This document shows, one piece after another, positions 28,610-38,346 of a stretch of DNA of 64,000 bases. The stretch comes from Actinomycetota bacterium (lineage in GTDB: Bacteria; Actinomycetota; UBA4738; HRBIN12). A model generated the notes under the pieces. That model saw only the letters and a list, made by a program, of their open reading frames with translations, made no database searches and had not been told where the DNA came from. The stretch lies in assembly GCA_035463115.1 (NCBI GenBank), contig DATHTO010000005.1, forward strand, positions 4,061 through 68,060, in the 5' to 3' direction. The translations under genes were made by a program, and so were the position numbers. How positions within the stretch are numbered: position 1 is the first letter of the stretch; each line of letters starts with the position of its first letter.

Positions 28610-30459
28610 GGCGGCGTCCTCACCGCGGCGGCGCGCCCCGACGGCACCCGCAGCCGCGGAAGGAGCCCCAGCCGGCGACGCCGCTCCGACGGCCCCGTCA
28701 CGCCGCGGGAGAGGTTCCGAGCCGTTCCGATCAGCGAGACGTGGGAGAACGCCTGGGGGAAGTTCCCGAGCATCCGTCCGCGGACGGGGTCGTACTCCTC
28801 GGCGAGGAGCCCCACGTCGTTCCGCACCTCGAGGACGCGCTCGAACAGCGCCCGCGCCTCGTCGTCGCGGCCTTGGAGCGCGAGGCAGTCGGCGTACCAG
28901 CACGTGCACGCGATGAACGCACCCTCGGCCCCGTGGAGACCGTCGACGCCGGTCGACGTGTCGTAGCGGTGGATGAAGCCGTCGACCATCAGCCGTTCGC
29001 CGATCGCCGCGACGGTTCCCGTGACGCGTTCGTCGTGGGCGGGGAGGAACCCGACGAGCGGCATCATCAGCAGCGACGCGTCGAGGTCCGACGAGCCGTA
29101 CGACTGGGTGAACGACCCGAGGGTGGCGTCGAACCCCTCGCGGCACACCTCGTCGTGGATCTCGTCGCGGATCGCACGCCACCGGTCGACGGGACCCGCG
29201 AAGCCGAAGAGCTCGACGTCGCGGATCGCGCGGTCCACGCCGACCCACGCCATCACCTTCGAATGAGTGAAGTGACGCCGGCCGCCGCGGACCTCCCAGA
29301 TGCCTTCGTCGGGCTCGCGCCAGCGGGACTCCAGCATGTCCATCAGCCGCAGTTCGATGTTCCAGACCGCCGACTCGTGCGGGAGCCCCTCGCGGGCGGC
29401 CTGGTGGAACAGGTCGAGGACCTCGCCGTAGACGTCGAGCTGGAACTGACCGCCGGCGTCGTTCCCGACGCGCACGGGACCGGACCCCTCGTACCCGTCG
29501 AGCCAGGGGAGCTCCGTCTCGGGGAAGCGGCGCTCCCCCGCGAGGCCGTACATGATCTTCAGGTCGCGCGGGTCGCCGGCGATCGCGCGGAGGAGCCACT
29601 CCCGCCAGGCTTCGGCTTCGCGCTCGTAGCCCGCCATCAGCATCGCGTAGAGCGTCAACGTCGCGTCGCGGAGCCAGCAGAAGCGGTAGTCCCAGTTCCG
29701 CTCGCCGCCGAGGGACTCCGGGAGGGACGTCGTGACGGCGGCCACGATCCCCCCGGTGGGTCGGTAGGTCATCGCCTTCAGCGTGATCAGCGAGCGGACG
29801 ACCGCGTCGCGCCAGTCGCCCCGGTAGGTGCACCGCCGCGCCCATTCCCGCCAGAACCGGGTCGTGTTGCGGGCCGCATCCCACGGATCGATCGGCGGAG
29901 GCGCGTCCACGTGCGACGGATGCCACACGAGCACGAACGATTCCCGCTGCCCGGCACGCACCACGAACGCCGCCGTCGCCTCCCCCGTCACGATCTCGAG
30001 CGGAACGTCGGTCCGGAGCTCGACCGCGTCGGGCCCCGCGACCGCCGAGAAGCCGCGCCGGGCCGGGCGCATCCACGGGATCGCTGCGCCGTAGTCGAAC
30101 CGCAGGTTCAGCTCCATCCGCATCGGCACCGTGCCGCTGACGCCCTCCACCAGACGGACGACCCGCGCCTGTCCCTTCCGCGGGGTCATGAAGTCGGTGA
30201 CGCGGACCGTGCCCGACGGCGTCTCGTGCAGCGTCTCGAGGACGAGGGCGTCGTCGCGATAGGCGCGGGTCGAGCGGGTCGGCGCCACGGCCGGCCCGAG
30301 GGCCCAGCGCCCGTGCGAGCCGTCCCCGAGCAGCGCGGCGAAACAGGCGCCCGAGTCGAACCGTGGCAGGCAGAGCCAGTCGATCGAGCCGTCCCGCCCC
30401 ACGAGCGCGCCGGTGTGCGTGTCACCGATCAGCGCGTAGTCCTCGAGGGGGAGCGGCAT
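28606..30459 (-). CDS. Glycoside hydrolase family 15 protein (glucoamylase/trehalase-like)
   Basis: 617 aa. The N-terminus MPLPLEDYALIGDTHTGALVGRDGSIDWLCLPRFDS is typical of actinobacterial GH15 proteins. TAACGT lies 8 nt upstream of the ATG. Confidence 0.9.
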   Translation of the reverse strand: MPLPLEDYALIGDTHTGALVGRDGSIDWLCLPRFDSGACFAALLGDGSHGRWALGPAVAPTRSTRAYRDDALVLETLHETPSGTVRVTDFMTPRKGQARVVRLVEGVSGTVPMRMELNLRFDYGAAIPWMRPARRGFSAVAGPDAVELRTDVPLEIVTGEATAAFVVRAGQRESFVLVWHPSHVDAPPPIDPWDAARNTTRFWREWARRCTYRGDWRDAVVRSLITLKAMTYRPTGGIVAAVTTSLPESLGGERNWDYRFCWLRDATLTLYAMLMAGYEREAEAWREWLLRAIAGDPRDLKIMYGLAGERRFPETELPWLDGYEGSGPVRVGNDAGGQFQLDVYGEVLDLFHQAAREGLPHESAVWNIELRLMDMLESRWREPDEGIWEVRGGRRHFTHSKVMAWVGVDRAIRDVELFGFAGPVDRWRAIRDEIHDEVCREGFDATLGSFTQSYGSSDLDASLLMMPLVGFLPAHDERVTGTVAAIGERLMVDGFIHRYDTSTGVDGLHGAEGAFIACTCWYADCLALQGRDDEARALFERVLEVRNDVGLLAEEYDPVRGRMLGNFPQAFSHVSLIGTARNLSRGVTGPSERRRRLGLLPRLRVPSGRAAAVRTPP

Positions 30460-30529
30460 CCCGCAGGACGTTACCGGTCGGGCGGCCCATGCGCGCCGAA
30501 GGGCCGCTCGGAAGATCGATCCGACGACC

Positions 30530-31765
30530 TCAGCCGAGGACCGAGAGGAACTCGTCGAGGTTCGGCGTCACGTGGTACGTCGGCTCGACGTGGCCTTCGA
30601 ACGCCTCGATCGTCTTGTACCCGTTGCCCGTGACGTAGGCGACGGTCTCTTCGTCTGGTCGGATCGCGCCCTGGTCGACGAGACGTTTGAGGTTCGCGAT
30701 CGTCACGCCGCCGGCCGTCTCGGTGAACACGCCCTCGGTCTCGGCGAGCAGGTGGATGCCGCCGCGGATCTCGTCCTCGGTGCACCACTCGATCGCCCCG
30801 CCGGTCTCCCGGGCGACCTTCAAGGCGAAGTACCCGTCGGCCGGGTCGCCGATCGCCAGCGAACGGGCGATCGTGCTCGGCTTGACCGGTGTCACGTCGT
30901 CGGCACCGTCGCGGAACGCCTGCGCGACGGGACGACAGCCCTCGGGCTGGGCGCCGCTGACCCGGTATGGCTTCGCGTCGACGGCGCCGATCGCGATCAG
31001 CTCCGCGAACGCGCGATGGATCTTCGTGAGCAGCGCGCCGGACGCGATCGGCACGACGACGTGGTCGGGCAGGCGCCACCCGAGCTGTTCCGCCGTCTCG
31101 AAGCCGAGCGACTTCGAGCCCTCGGCGTAGTACGGACGCATGTTGACGTTCACGAAGGCCCACGGCAGCGCCTCGGCGACCTCGCTGCACAGGCGGTTCA
31201 CGTCGTCGTAGTTGCCCTTCACCGCGACGACCTTCGCGCCGTACACCTCGGTCGCGATGATCTTCGCGCGCTCGAGGTCGTCGGGCACGAACACGTAGCA
31301 CTCGATCCCTGCCTTCGCGGCGTGGGCCGCGGTCGCGTTCGCGAGGTTGCCCGTCGACGCGCACGAGATGGCATCGAAGCCGAACGCACGTGCCATCGTC
31401 GTCGCCACGCTCACGACGCGGTCCTTGAAGGAGTTCGACGGATTGACCGAGTCGTCCTTGATCCACAGCCGCTCGAGCCCGAGCCTGCGCGCGAGGTTGT
31501 CGGCGCGCCGCAGCGGCGTGAAGCCGGCCCCGAGGTCGACCCGCTCGATCCCTGGACCACCCGGCAACAGCGACTCGTATCGCCACAGCGTCGGCGGACC
31601 GTTCTCCGCGGCCTTCCGGAACGCCATGCCGTCGACGGTGTCGAGGTCGTACGCGGGCTCGAGCGGCCCGAAGCATTCCTCGCAGATCGTCAGCGGCTCG
31701 ACCGCGTACCGTGCTCCACAGATCCTGCACTGCAACGCGGCAGGGGTCGTGATCGCGGTCACCAC
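30530..31765 (-). CDS. thrC: Threonine synthase with an N-terminal CxxC-x11-CxxC ribbon
   Basis: Trimmed from the 778-aa track ORF to GTG 31765 (or 31762), embedded in GTGGTGA with the ilvD stop. PLP Lys motif NPSNSFKDR. Also [19 protein letters not shown]. Confidence 0.9.
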   Translation of the reverse strand: MVTAITTPAALQCRICGARYAVEPLTICEECFGPLEPAYDLDTVDGMAFRKAAENGPPTLWRYESLLPGGPGIERVDLGAGFTPLRRADNLARRLGLERLWIKDDSVNPSNSFKDRVVSVATTMARAFGFDAISCASTGNLANATAAHAAKAGIECYVFVPDDLERAKIIATEVYGAKVVAVKGNYDDVNRLCSEVAEALPWAFVNVNMRPYYAEGSKSLGFETAEQLGWRLPDHVVVPIASGALLTKIHRAFAELIAIGAVDAKPYRVSGAQPEGCRPVAQAFRDGADDVTPVKPSTIARSLAIGDPADGYFALKVARETGGAIEWCTEDEIRGGIHLLAETEGVFTETAGGVTIANLKRLVDQGAIRPDEETVAYVTGNGYKTIEAFEGHVEPTYHVTPNLDEFLSVLG

Positions 31766-33438
31766 GTGACCGCCCCGTGATCGGCGCTGCCGACGGTGCG
31801 CGCGTACTTCGCGAGCGCTCCCTGCGTGTACCTCGGCTCCGGCGCCACCCAAGCCGCGCGCCGTGCCGCGAGCGCATCGTCGTCGACGAGCACCTGGATC
31901 GTGCGTGCGTCGGCATCGATGCGGATCGTGTCGCCCTCCGCGACGAGCGCGATCGGTCCGCCGACGAACGCCTCGGGCGCGATGTGACCGACCGAATAGC
32001 CCTTCGTGGCGCCGCTGAAACGGCCGTCGGTGATCAGCGCGACGTCCTTGCCGAGGCCTGCGCCGGCGACCGCGGCCGTCACCGCGAGCATCTCCGGCAT
32101 GCCCGGCGACCCCTTCGGACCCTCGTAGCGGATCACGATCACGTCGCCGGGTACGCTCGGGCCTCCCGTCCCGGCGTCGAACGCGGCCTGCTCGGAATCG
32201 AACGGGCGAGCGCGACCCTCGAACACGAGCGACTCCGCTCCAGCGGCCTTCACCACGGCCCCGTCGGGCGCGAGGTTCCCACGCAGGATCGCGATGCCGC
32301 CCCACGGATGGATCGGTGCGCTCGCCGCGCGGACGATCTCGCCGTCGGGCGCCGGCGGCGGAGACGCTTCGAGGTTCTCCGCGATCGTTCGACCCGTCAC
32401 CGTCATGCAGTCGCCATCGAGCAGCCCGAGATCGAGGAGCTCCTTCATCACGACGGGCACGCCACCGACACGGTCGAGGTCGCTCATCACGAAGCGACCG
32501 GCCGGACGCACGTCGACGAGGTGGGGGACGCGCCTCGAGATGCGGTCGAAGTCGTCGAGCTCGAGATCGACGTGTGCCTCGCGGGCGATCGCGAGCAGGT
32601 GGAGCACCGCGTTCGTCGATCCGGCGATCGCCATCACGACCGCGATCGCGTTCTCGAACGCCGCGCGCGTGAGGATCTGCCGGGGACGCAGATCCATCTC
32701 GAGGACCTTCGTCGCCGCGATGCCGGACTCCCGCGCCGCGACCTCGAGGCGGTAATCGACGGCGGGCGGCGATGCGCTGCCGGGGAGCGACATGCCGATC
32801 GCCTCGCCCACGGCGGCCATCGTGTTCGCCGTGTACATGCCGGCGCACGATCCCGTCGTCGGGCACGCCGCCCGCTCGATGTCGCGGAGCTCGGCATCGC
32901 TCATCGACCCCTTCGCGTGCGCGCCCACCGCCTCGAACACGTCTTGGATCGTGATGTCACGTCCCTGGTAGGTGCCGGGCAGGATCGTTCCGCCGTAGAG
33001 GTAGACGCTCGGCAGGTCGAGACGGGCCATCGCCATGAGCATCCCGGGCTCGGACTTGTCGCATCCCGCGATCCCGACGAGACCGTCCATCCGTTCGGCG
33101 TGCATCACGAGCTCGACGGAGTCCGCGATCAGATCGCGGCTCATCAGCGACGCCTTCATCCCCTCGTGTCCCATCGCGATGCCGTCGGAGACGGCGATCG
33201 TCGTGAACTCGATCGGAACCGCGTCGCCCTGCCGAACGCCCTCCTTCGCGAGCGCGGCGAGCTTGTCGAGGTGGTAGTTGCAGGGCGTCACCTCGTTCCA
33301 GCTCGAGGCGACGGCGACCTGCGGCTTGCCGAAGTCGTCCTCGCTGAAGCCGACGGCGCGCAGGTAGGCCCGCGCCGGCGCGCGCTGCGGCCCCTCCGTG
33401 ACCTCCCAGCTGCGAGGACGGTTCCGACCCTCTGCCAT
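31759..33438 (-). CDS. ilvD: Dihydroxy-acid dehydratase
   Basis: Trimmed to ATG 33438. 559 aa with [21 protein letters not shown] and [16 protein letters not shown]. Confidence 0.95.
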   Translation of the reverse strand: MAEGRNRPRSWEVTEGPQRAPARAYLRAVGFSEDDFGKPQVAVASSWNEVTPCNYHLDKLAALAKEGVRQGDAVPIEFTTIAVSDGIAMGHEGMKASLMSRDLIADSVELVMHAERMDGLVGIAGCDKSEPGMLMAMARLDLPSVYLYGGTILPGTYQGRDITIQDVFEAVGAHAKGSMSDAELRDIERAACPTTGSCAGMYTANTMAAVGEAIGMSLPGSASPPAVDYRLEVAARESGIAATKVLEMDLRPRQILTRAAFENAIAVVMAIAGSTNAVLHLLAIAREAHVDLELDDFDRISRRVPHLVDVRPAGRFVMSDLDRVGGVPVVMKELLDLGLLDGDCMTVTGRTIAENLEASPPPAPDGEIVRAASAPIHPWGGIAILRGNLAPDGAVVKAAGAESLVFEGRARPFDSEQAAFDAGTGGPSVPGDVIVIRYEGPKGSPGMPEMLAVTAAVAGAGLGKDVALITDGRFSGATKGYSVGHIAPEAFVGGPIALVAEGDTIRIDADARTIQVLVDDDALAARRAAWVAPEPRYTQGALAKYARTVGSADHGAVTW

Positions 33439-33572
33439 GAACGAACCCCCGATGCGACACGACGCCCGAAGGGCGCGCGGCCAAGAGATGGAAAGGCCAC
33501 CACGGTAGCAACGCCGCACGGAGGCCGACCCGCCTCGGCGGGCGCGGTCGGCTCGATTACGCTACGCGCCCG

Positions 33573-34991
33573 ATGGCTCCCGTCGCCCTGCCTCCCAACG
33601 CCGGCCGCAGCTGGTGGCTCCGCGACGCGCTCGCCGACGACGACGCGCCGCCGTCACCGCCGCTCGACCGCGACACCGAGGCCGACGTCGTGATCCTCGG
33701 CGGCGGCTACACCGGGATGTGGACCGCATGGTTCCTGAAGGAGCTCGATCCCGGCGTCGACGTCGTGATCCTCGAGCAGGACATCTGCGGCGGCGGCCCC
33801 AGCGGACGCAACGGCGGCTTCCTGAACTCCTTCTGGCACGGGCTTGCGACGCTGACTCGCGAGTTCGGCGACGAGGAGGCGGTGCGGCTCTGCGAGGCGG
33901 GCGAGCGGAGCGTCGTCGAGATCGGTGCGTGGTGCGAGGAGCACGGCGTCGACGCGTGGTTCCGCCACGACGGCGAGCTGAACGTCGCATCGTCACCCGT
34001 GCAGGTCGGCGAGTGGGCGAGCCTCATCATGGCGGCCGATCGCCTCGGCATCGCCGACCGCTTCCGCGTGCTGGACCGCGACGGCGTGCGGCGCGTGATC
34101 GACTCGCCGGTGTTCGAGGGCGGGGTCCTGTCGACCGACGGCGCCACGGTGCAGCCGGCGCGACTCGCGCGCGGGTTGCGTCGCGTCCTGCTCGAGCGCG
34201 GCGTCAGGATCCACGAGCGGACGCCCGCGCGACGGTTCGGCGCCGGGTCCGCCACCGTCGTCGACACGCCCGACGGCACGGTGCGCGCGGGCGCGGCCGT
34301 CATCGGCCTGAACGCGTGGGCCGCCCACTGGCGCCGTTTCCGCCGGACGCTCACCGTGCGTGGCTCGTACATCGTCCTCACCGCGCCCGCTCCCGAGAAG
34401 CTCGAGGCGATCGGATGGACCGACGGCAAGGGCTTGTCGGACTTCCGCGCAGCGCTGCACTACGTGCGCACGACACCCGACGGGAGGATCGCGTTCGGGG
34501 TCGGCGGGATGCAGCCGAACCTCGCGCGACGGATCGACCCTCGCTTCGCGTACGACGAGCGGTCGATCCGGATCGCGATCGAGGACCTGCACCGGATGTT
34601 CCCGACGTTCGCCGACGTTCCGATCGAGGCTGCGTGGGGAGGTCCGATCGACGTCCACGGGTCGCACCTGCCGTCGTTCGTGACGCTCGACGGCGGCAAC
34701 GTCCACGTCGGCCACGGGTACACCGGCAACGGCGTCGGACCGGCCCACCTCGGCGGCAAGATCCTGGCCCACAAGGCGCTGCATCGCGACGACGACGTCC
34801 TGCGGTTACCGGTCGTCGACCTCGAGCCGAAGCGGTTCCCTCCCGAGCCCATCAAGTCGCCGGGAGCGGCGGTCGCCAACCTGGCCATCCTCGCGAAGGA
34901 CCAGGCCGAAGACGGCGGCGCCGAGCCGAACCCGTTCGTCGACTTCGTCGCGAGGCTCCCGCGCCGGCTCGGCTACAACCTCGGACCGTAG
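33573..34991 (+). CDS. FAD-dependent oxidoreductase (DAO family, gamma-glutamylputrescine/amine oxidase-like), paralog 1
   Basis: 472 aa with ADVVILGGGYTGMWTAWFL and CGGGPSGRNGGF. TACGCT lies 9 nt upstream of the ATG. Confidence 0.85.
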   Translation: MAPVALPPNAGRSWWLRDALADDDAPPSPPLDRDTEADVVILGGGYTGMWTAWFLKELDPGVDVVILEQDICGGGPSGRNGGFLNSFWHGLATLTREFGDEEAVRLCEAGERSVVEIGAWCEEHGVDAWFRHDGELNVASSPVQVGEWASLIMAADRLGIADRFRVLDRDGVRRVIDSPVFEGGVLSTDGATVQPARLARGLRRVLLERGVRIHERTPARRFGAGSATVVDTPDGTVRAGAAVIGLNAWAAHWRRFRRTLTVRGSYIVLTAPAPEKLEAIGWTDGKGLSDFRAALHYVRTTPDGRIAFGVGGMQPNLARRIDPRFAYDERSIRIAIEDLHRMFPTFADVPIEAAWGGPIDVHGSHLPSFVTLDGGNVHVGHGYTGNGVGPAHLGGKILAHKALHRDDDVLRLPVVDLEPKRFPPEPIKSPGAAVANLAILAKDQAEDGGAEPNPFVDFVARLPRRLGYNLGP

Positions 34992-35030
34992 GCGTGGCGA
35001 CGACGCGGTGCCGACCGTGACGACCGCGCC

Positions 35031-36509
35031 GTGGCGAGCCGTGGCGACGACGCCGTGACGACGATCGGATCTCCCCTGACCGCGCTCCCCCGACAGGCGC
35101 ATCGCTCGTGGTGGATGGAGGAAGCGGTCGCCGACCCCGCGTTCGGCTTCGAGCCGCGACCCGCGCTCGGCGCCGACACCGAGGCCGACGTCGTCGTCCT
35201 CGGCGGGGGCTACACCGGCATGTGGACCGCGTGGTTCCTGACCGAGCGAGAGCCGGGGATCGACGTGGTGCTGCTCGAGCACGACGTCTGCGGCGGCGGC
35301 CCGAGCGGCCGGAACGGCGGGTTCTGCTACGGCGTCTGGGAGGACCTCGAGATCCTCACGAGGCGCTTCGGCGACGCCGAGGCGATGCGGCTCGCCGACG
35401 TCGCGCAGCGATCGGTGGACGAGATCGAGACGTGGCTCACGGCGCACGACGTCGACGCGTGGTTCACGCGTGCGGGCCACCTCACGATCGCCACCTCGCC
35501 CGCGCAGGACGGCGCGTGGGACGCGCTCGTCGCCGAGGCGACGCGTCTCGGCGTGGTCGAGGGGCGGTTCGTTCCGCTCACCGCCCGAGAGGTACGCGAG
35601 CGCTGCGACGGCGTCGGGTTCCGCGGCGGGCTCCTCCAGCCGCGGAACGCGACGCTGCAGCCCGCCAGGCTCGCGCTCGGGCTCCGTCGCGAGCTCCTGG
35701 CCCGTGGCGTCCGGATCCACGAGTCGACGACCGTGCGGCGGTTCGGGACCGATGGCCGCGGCGGCGGCGTGACGATCGAGACGGCCGGCGGCAGGCGCGT
35801 CCGCGCTCGGAACGCCGTCCTCGGCCTGGGCGCCTGGACGTCGTCGCTCCCGCGGTTCCGGCGGGCCGTCGTGGCGCGCGGGACGTACATCGTGATCACC
35901 GCACCCGCCCCCGACCGGCTCGAACGGATCGGCTGGACCGGTGGCGAGGGGCTCGCCGATTGGCGCACGGCCCTGCGGTACTTCCGCACGACGCCCGACG
36001 GTCGGATCGCCTTCGGTGCCGGCGCGGCCACGGCGGGCGTCGGAACTGGCCTCGGCCCGCGGCTCCGGTACGACGAGACGTCGATCGCACGGCTCGTCCG
36101 GGACCTGCGCCGGTTCTTCCCTCCGTTCCGCGACGTGGCGGTCGAGGCCGGTTGGGGCGGCCCCATGGACGTCACCGGTCTCCACCTCCCGTTCTTCGCC
36201 ACGCTCCCGGGCGGTGCGATCCACGTCGGCGTCGGCTACACCGGCGGCGGCGTCGGCCCCTGCCACCTCGGCGGCAAGATCCTGTCGGCCCTCGCTCTCG
36301 GGGCGGAGGACGAGCACACGTCGCTGCCGCTCGTCGGACTCGAGCCGATGCGGTTCCCGCCGGAGCCGTTCCGCTCGGTCGGCGCCGCCGTGATCCAGGG
36401 GTCGATCGTCCGCAAGGACGAAGCGGAGGACCGCGGCGCGCGACCCGACCCGCTGACGGAAGCCCTGGCGCGGCTCCCACGGCGGATCGGCTTCGAGATC
36501 GGCCCGTAG
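35031..36509 (+). CDS. FAD-dependent oxidoreductase (DAO family), paralog 2
   Basis: 492 aa with ADVVVLGGGYTGMWTAWFL and CGGGPSGRNGGF, colinear with paralog 1. Start uncertain (GTG 35031 or 35055). Confidence 0.85.
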   Translation: MASRGDDAVTTIGSPLTALPRQAHRSWWMEEAVADPAFGFEPRPALGADTEADVVVLGGGYTGMWTAWFLTEREPGIDVVLLEHDVCGGGPSGRNGGFCYGVWEDLEILTRRFGDAEAMRLADVAQRSVDEIETWLTAHDVDAWFTRAGHLTIATSPAQDGAWDALVAEATRLGVVEGRFVPLTAREVRERCDGVGFRGGLLQPRNATLQPARLALGLRRELLARGVRIHESTTVRRFGTDGRGGGVTIETAGGRRVRARNAVLGLGAWTSSLPRFRRAVVARGTYIVITAPAPDRLERIGWTGGEGLADWRTALRYFRTTPDGRIAFGAGAATAGVGTGLGPRLRYDETSIARLVRDLRRFFPPFRDVAVEAGWGGPMDVTGLHLPFFATLPGGAIHVGVGYTGGGVGPCHLGGKILSALALGAEDEHTSLPLVGLEPMRFPPEPFRSVGAAVIQGSIVRKDEAEDRGARPDPLTEALARLPRRIGFEIGP

Positions 36510-36555
36510 CGCCTCCCACGTTGTCGCGTTCCGGGCGCGGAAGGAGGATGGCCGC

Positions 36556-37482
36556 ATGGCATCCGTCGTCGTCGCGGATCGGTTGACGAAGTCCTACGGA
36601 TCGACGCGCGGCGTCGTCGAGCTGACGTTCGAGGTCGACGCCGGCGAGGTCTTCGGATTCCTGGGTCCGAACGGCGCCGGCAAGACGACGACGATCCGGA
36701 CGATGCTCGACCTCATCCGCCCGACCGAGGGTGGGATCACCGTCTTCGGCCTGCGGCCGCGCGACGACGCGCCCGCGATCCACGCGCGCGTCGGGTACCT
36801 CCCGGGCGAGCTCGCCCTCTACGAGCGGATGACCGCGCTCGAGCTGCTCTCGGCGTTCGGGTCGTTCCGCGGCGGCGTGGCGCGGTCACGGATCGACGCC
36901 CTCGCGGAACGCCTCGGGCTCGACCTCACGCGGCGGATCCGTTCGCTGTCGCACGGCAACAAGCAGAAGGTCGGGCTCGTGCTCGCGTTCGCCCACGAGC
37001 CCGAGCTGCTGATCCTCGATGAACCGACCCAGGGTCTCGACCCGCTGATGCAGCAGGAGTTCTACGCGATGATCGACGAGGCGAGGTCGCGGGGCGCCAC
37101 CGTGTTCCTCTCGTCCCACGTGATGCCCGAGGTCGAGCGGGTGTGCGACCGCGTCGCGATCATCCGCGAAGGGCGACTCGTGACGGTCGCCGACGTCGGT
37201 GAACTCAAGGCGCGAGCGGTGCGCCGTCTCGCGTTCCACTTCGACGGCCCGGCGCCGCTGCAGGCGTTCACGTCGCTGCCCTCGGTCCGCGACGCGGAGG
37301 CCCACGGCGACACGCTCCGTCTCACGGTCCAAGGGGTCGTCGATCCGGTCGTCAAGGAAGCCGCGCGCCACACGGTCGTGAGCATGGAGTCCGAAGAGGC
37401 GAGCCTCGAGGAGATCTTCCTCGCGATCTACCGGGACGGGACGCACCGAGACGCGAGCGACGGCGACGGGAGCGACGGTTGA
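36556..37482 (+). CDS. ABC transporter ATP-binding protein (ABC-2 exporter type)
   Basis: Walker A GPNGAGKTT, signature LSHGNKQKV, Walker B LLILDEPT. GGAAGGAGGA SD lies 7 nt upstream. Confidence 0.9.
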   Translation: MASVVVADRLTKSYGSTRGVVELTFEVDAGEVFGFLGPNGAGKTTTIRTMLDLIRPTEGGITVFGLRPRDDAPAIHARVGYLPGELALYERMTALELLSAFGSFRGGVARSRIDALAERLGLDLTRRIRSLSHGNKQKVGLVLAFAHEPELLILDEPTQGLDPLMQQEFYAMIDEARSRGATVFLSSHVMPEVERVCDRVAIIREGRLVTVADVGELKARAVRRLAFHFDGPAPLQAFTSLPSVRDAEAHGDTLRLTVQGVVDPVVKEAARHTVVSMESEEASLEEIFLAIYRDGTHRDASDGDGSDG

Positions 37483-38297
37483 GCGTCGAGATCGCACGGC
37501 CGGATCGACTGTCGGTCCTCCGGGTGAACCTGGCCCAGCAGCGACGCGCCCTCGTCTGGTGGGCGATCGCGATCGCGTTGATGGCCCTGCTCTTCGCGGC
37601 GGTCTATCCGAGCGTCCGCGACAGCGGCGACACGTTCGACGACTACCTCGAGCAGCTCCCGGACGCGTTCCGGTCCATCCTGGGCGAGGACCTGACATCA
37701 CCGGCCGGTTACCTGTGGAGCCAGCTCTTCAGCTCGATGGGGCCGATCGTCTACCTCGTCTACGCGATCGGCGCGGGAGCGAGGGCCATCGCCGGCGAGG
37801 AGGAGGCCGGCTCGCTGGACCTGGTCCTCGCGACGCCGCTGCGGCGCACCGTCGTGCTCCGCGACAAGGCGCTCGGCCTCGTGAGCGGGACGGTGCTGCT
37901 CTCGGCGGTGCTGTTCGTCGCGCTCGCCATCCTGGGCCCAGCCTTCGACATGACCGTGCCCCTCGGCGACCTGCTCGCGGCGCACGCCGTCCAGGCGCTG
38001 CTCTCGCTCGCGTTCGGCATGATCGCGCTCGCCATCGGGGCCGCGACCGGCGCGCGCGCCCTCGCGATCGGCGTCACGTCGGCGCTCGCCGTCCTCACGT
38101 ACCTGCTGTGGGCGCTCGCACCGAGCGTCGACGCGCTGGAACCGGTGCTGCCGCTGTCGCCGTTCCGCTGGTTCGCCGACCCCCAGCCGGTCGCCGAGGG
38201 CACCGAGCTCGTGAACGTCGTCGTGCTGGCGGCGATCTCGGCGGTGGCATACGCGATCGGGCTCGTCACGTTCCGCGAACGCGACCTCGCGACGTAG
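37479..38297 (+). CDS. ABC-2 family transporter permease
   Basis: 272 aa with about 6 hydrophobic segments. The start overlaps the ATPase stop by 4 nt. Confidence 0.8.
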   Translation: MSVEIARPDRLSVLRVNLAQQRRALVWWAIAIALMALLFAAVYPSVRDSGDTFDDYLEQLPDAFRSILGEDLTSPAGYLWSQLFSSMGPIVYLVYAIGAGARAIAGEEEAGSLDLVLATPLRRTVVLRDKALGLVSGTVLLSAVLFVALAILGPAFDMTVPLGDLLAAHAVQALLSLAFGMIALAIGAATGARALAIGVTSALAVLTYLLWALAPSVDALEPVLPLSPFRWFADPQPVAEGTELVNVVVLAAISAVAYAIGLVTFRERDLAT

Positions 38298-38346
38298 CGT
38301 CACCCCGCGGCGACGACCGTCCTCCCGGCTACGGGTCCGGATCAGC

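Noticed and set aside
27253-30633. 1126-aa plus-strand ORF
   Set aside because: It is antisense to otsB, GH15 and the thrC 3' end. It is Arg/Pro-rich low complexity.
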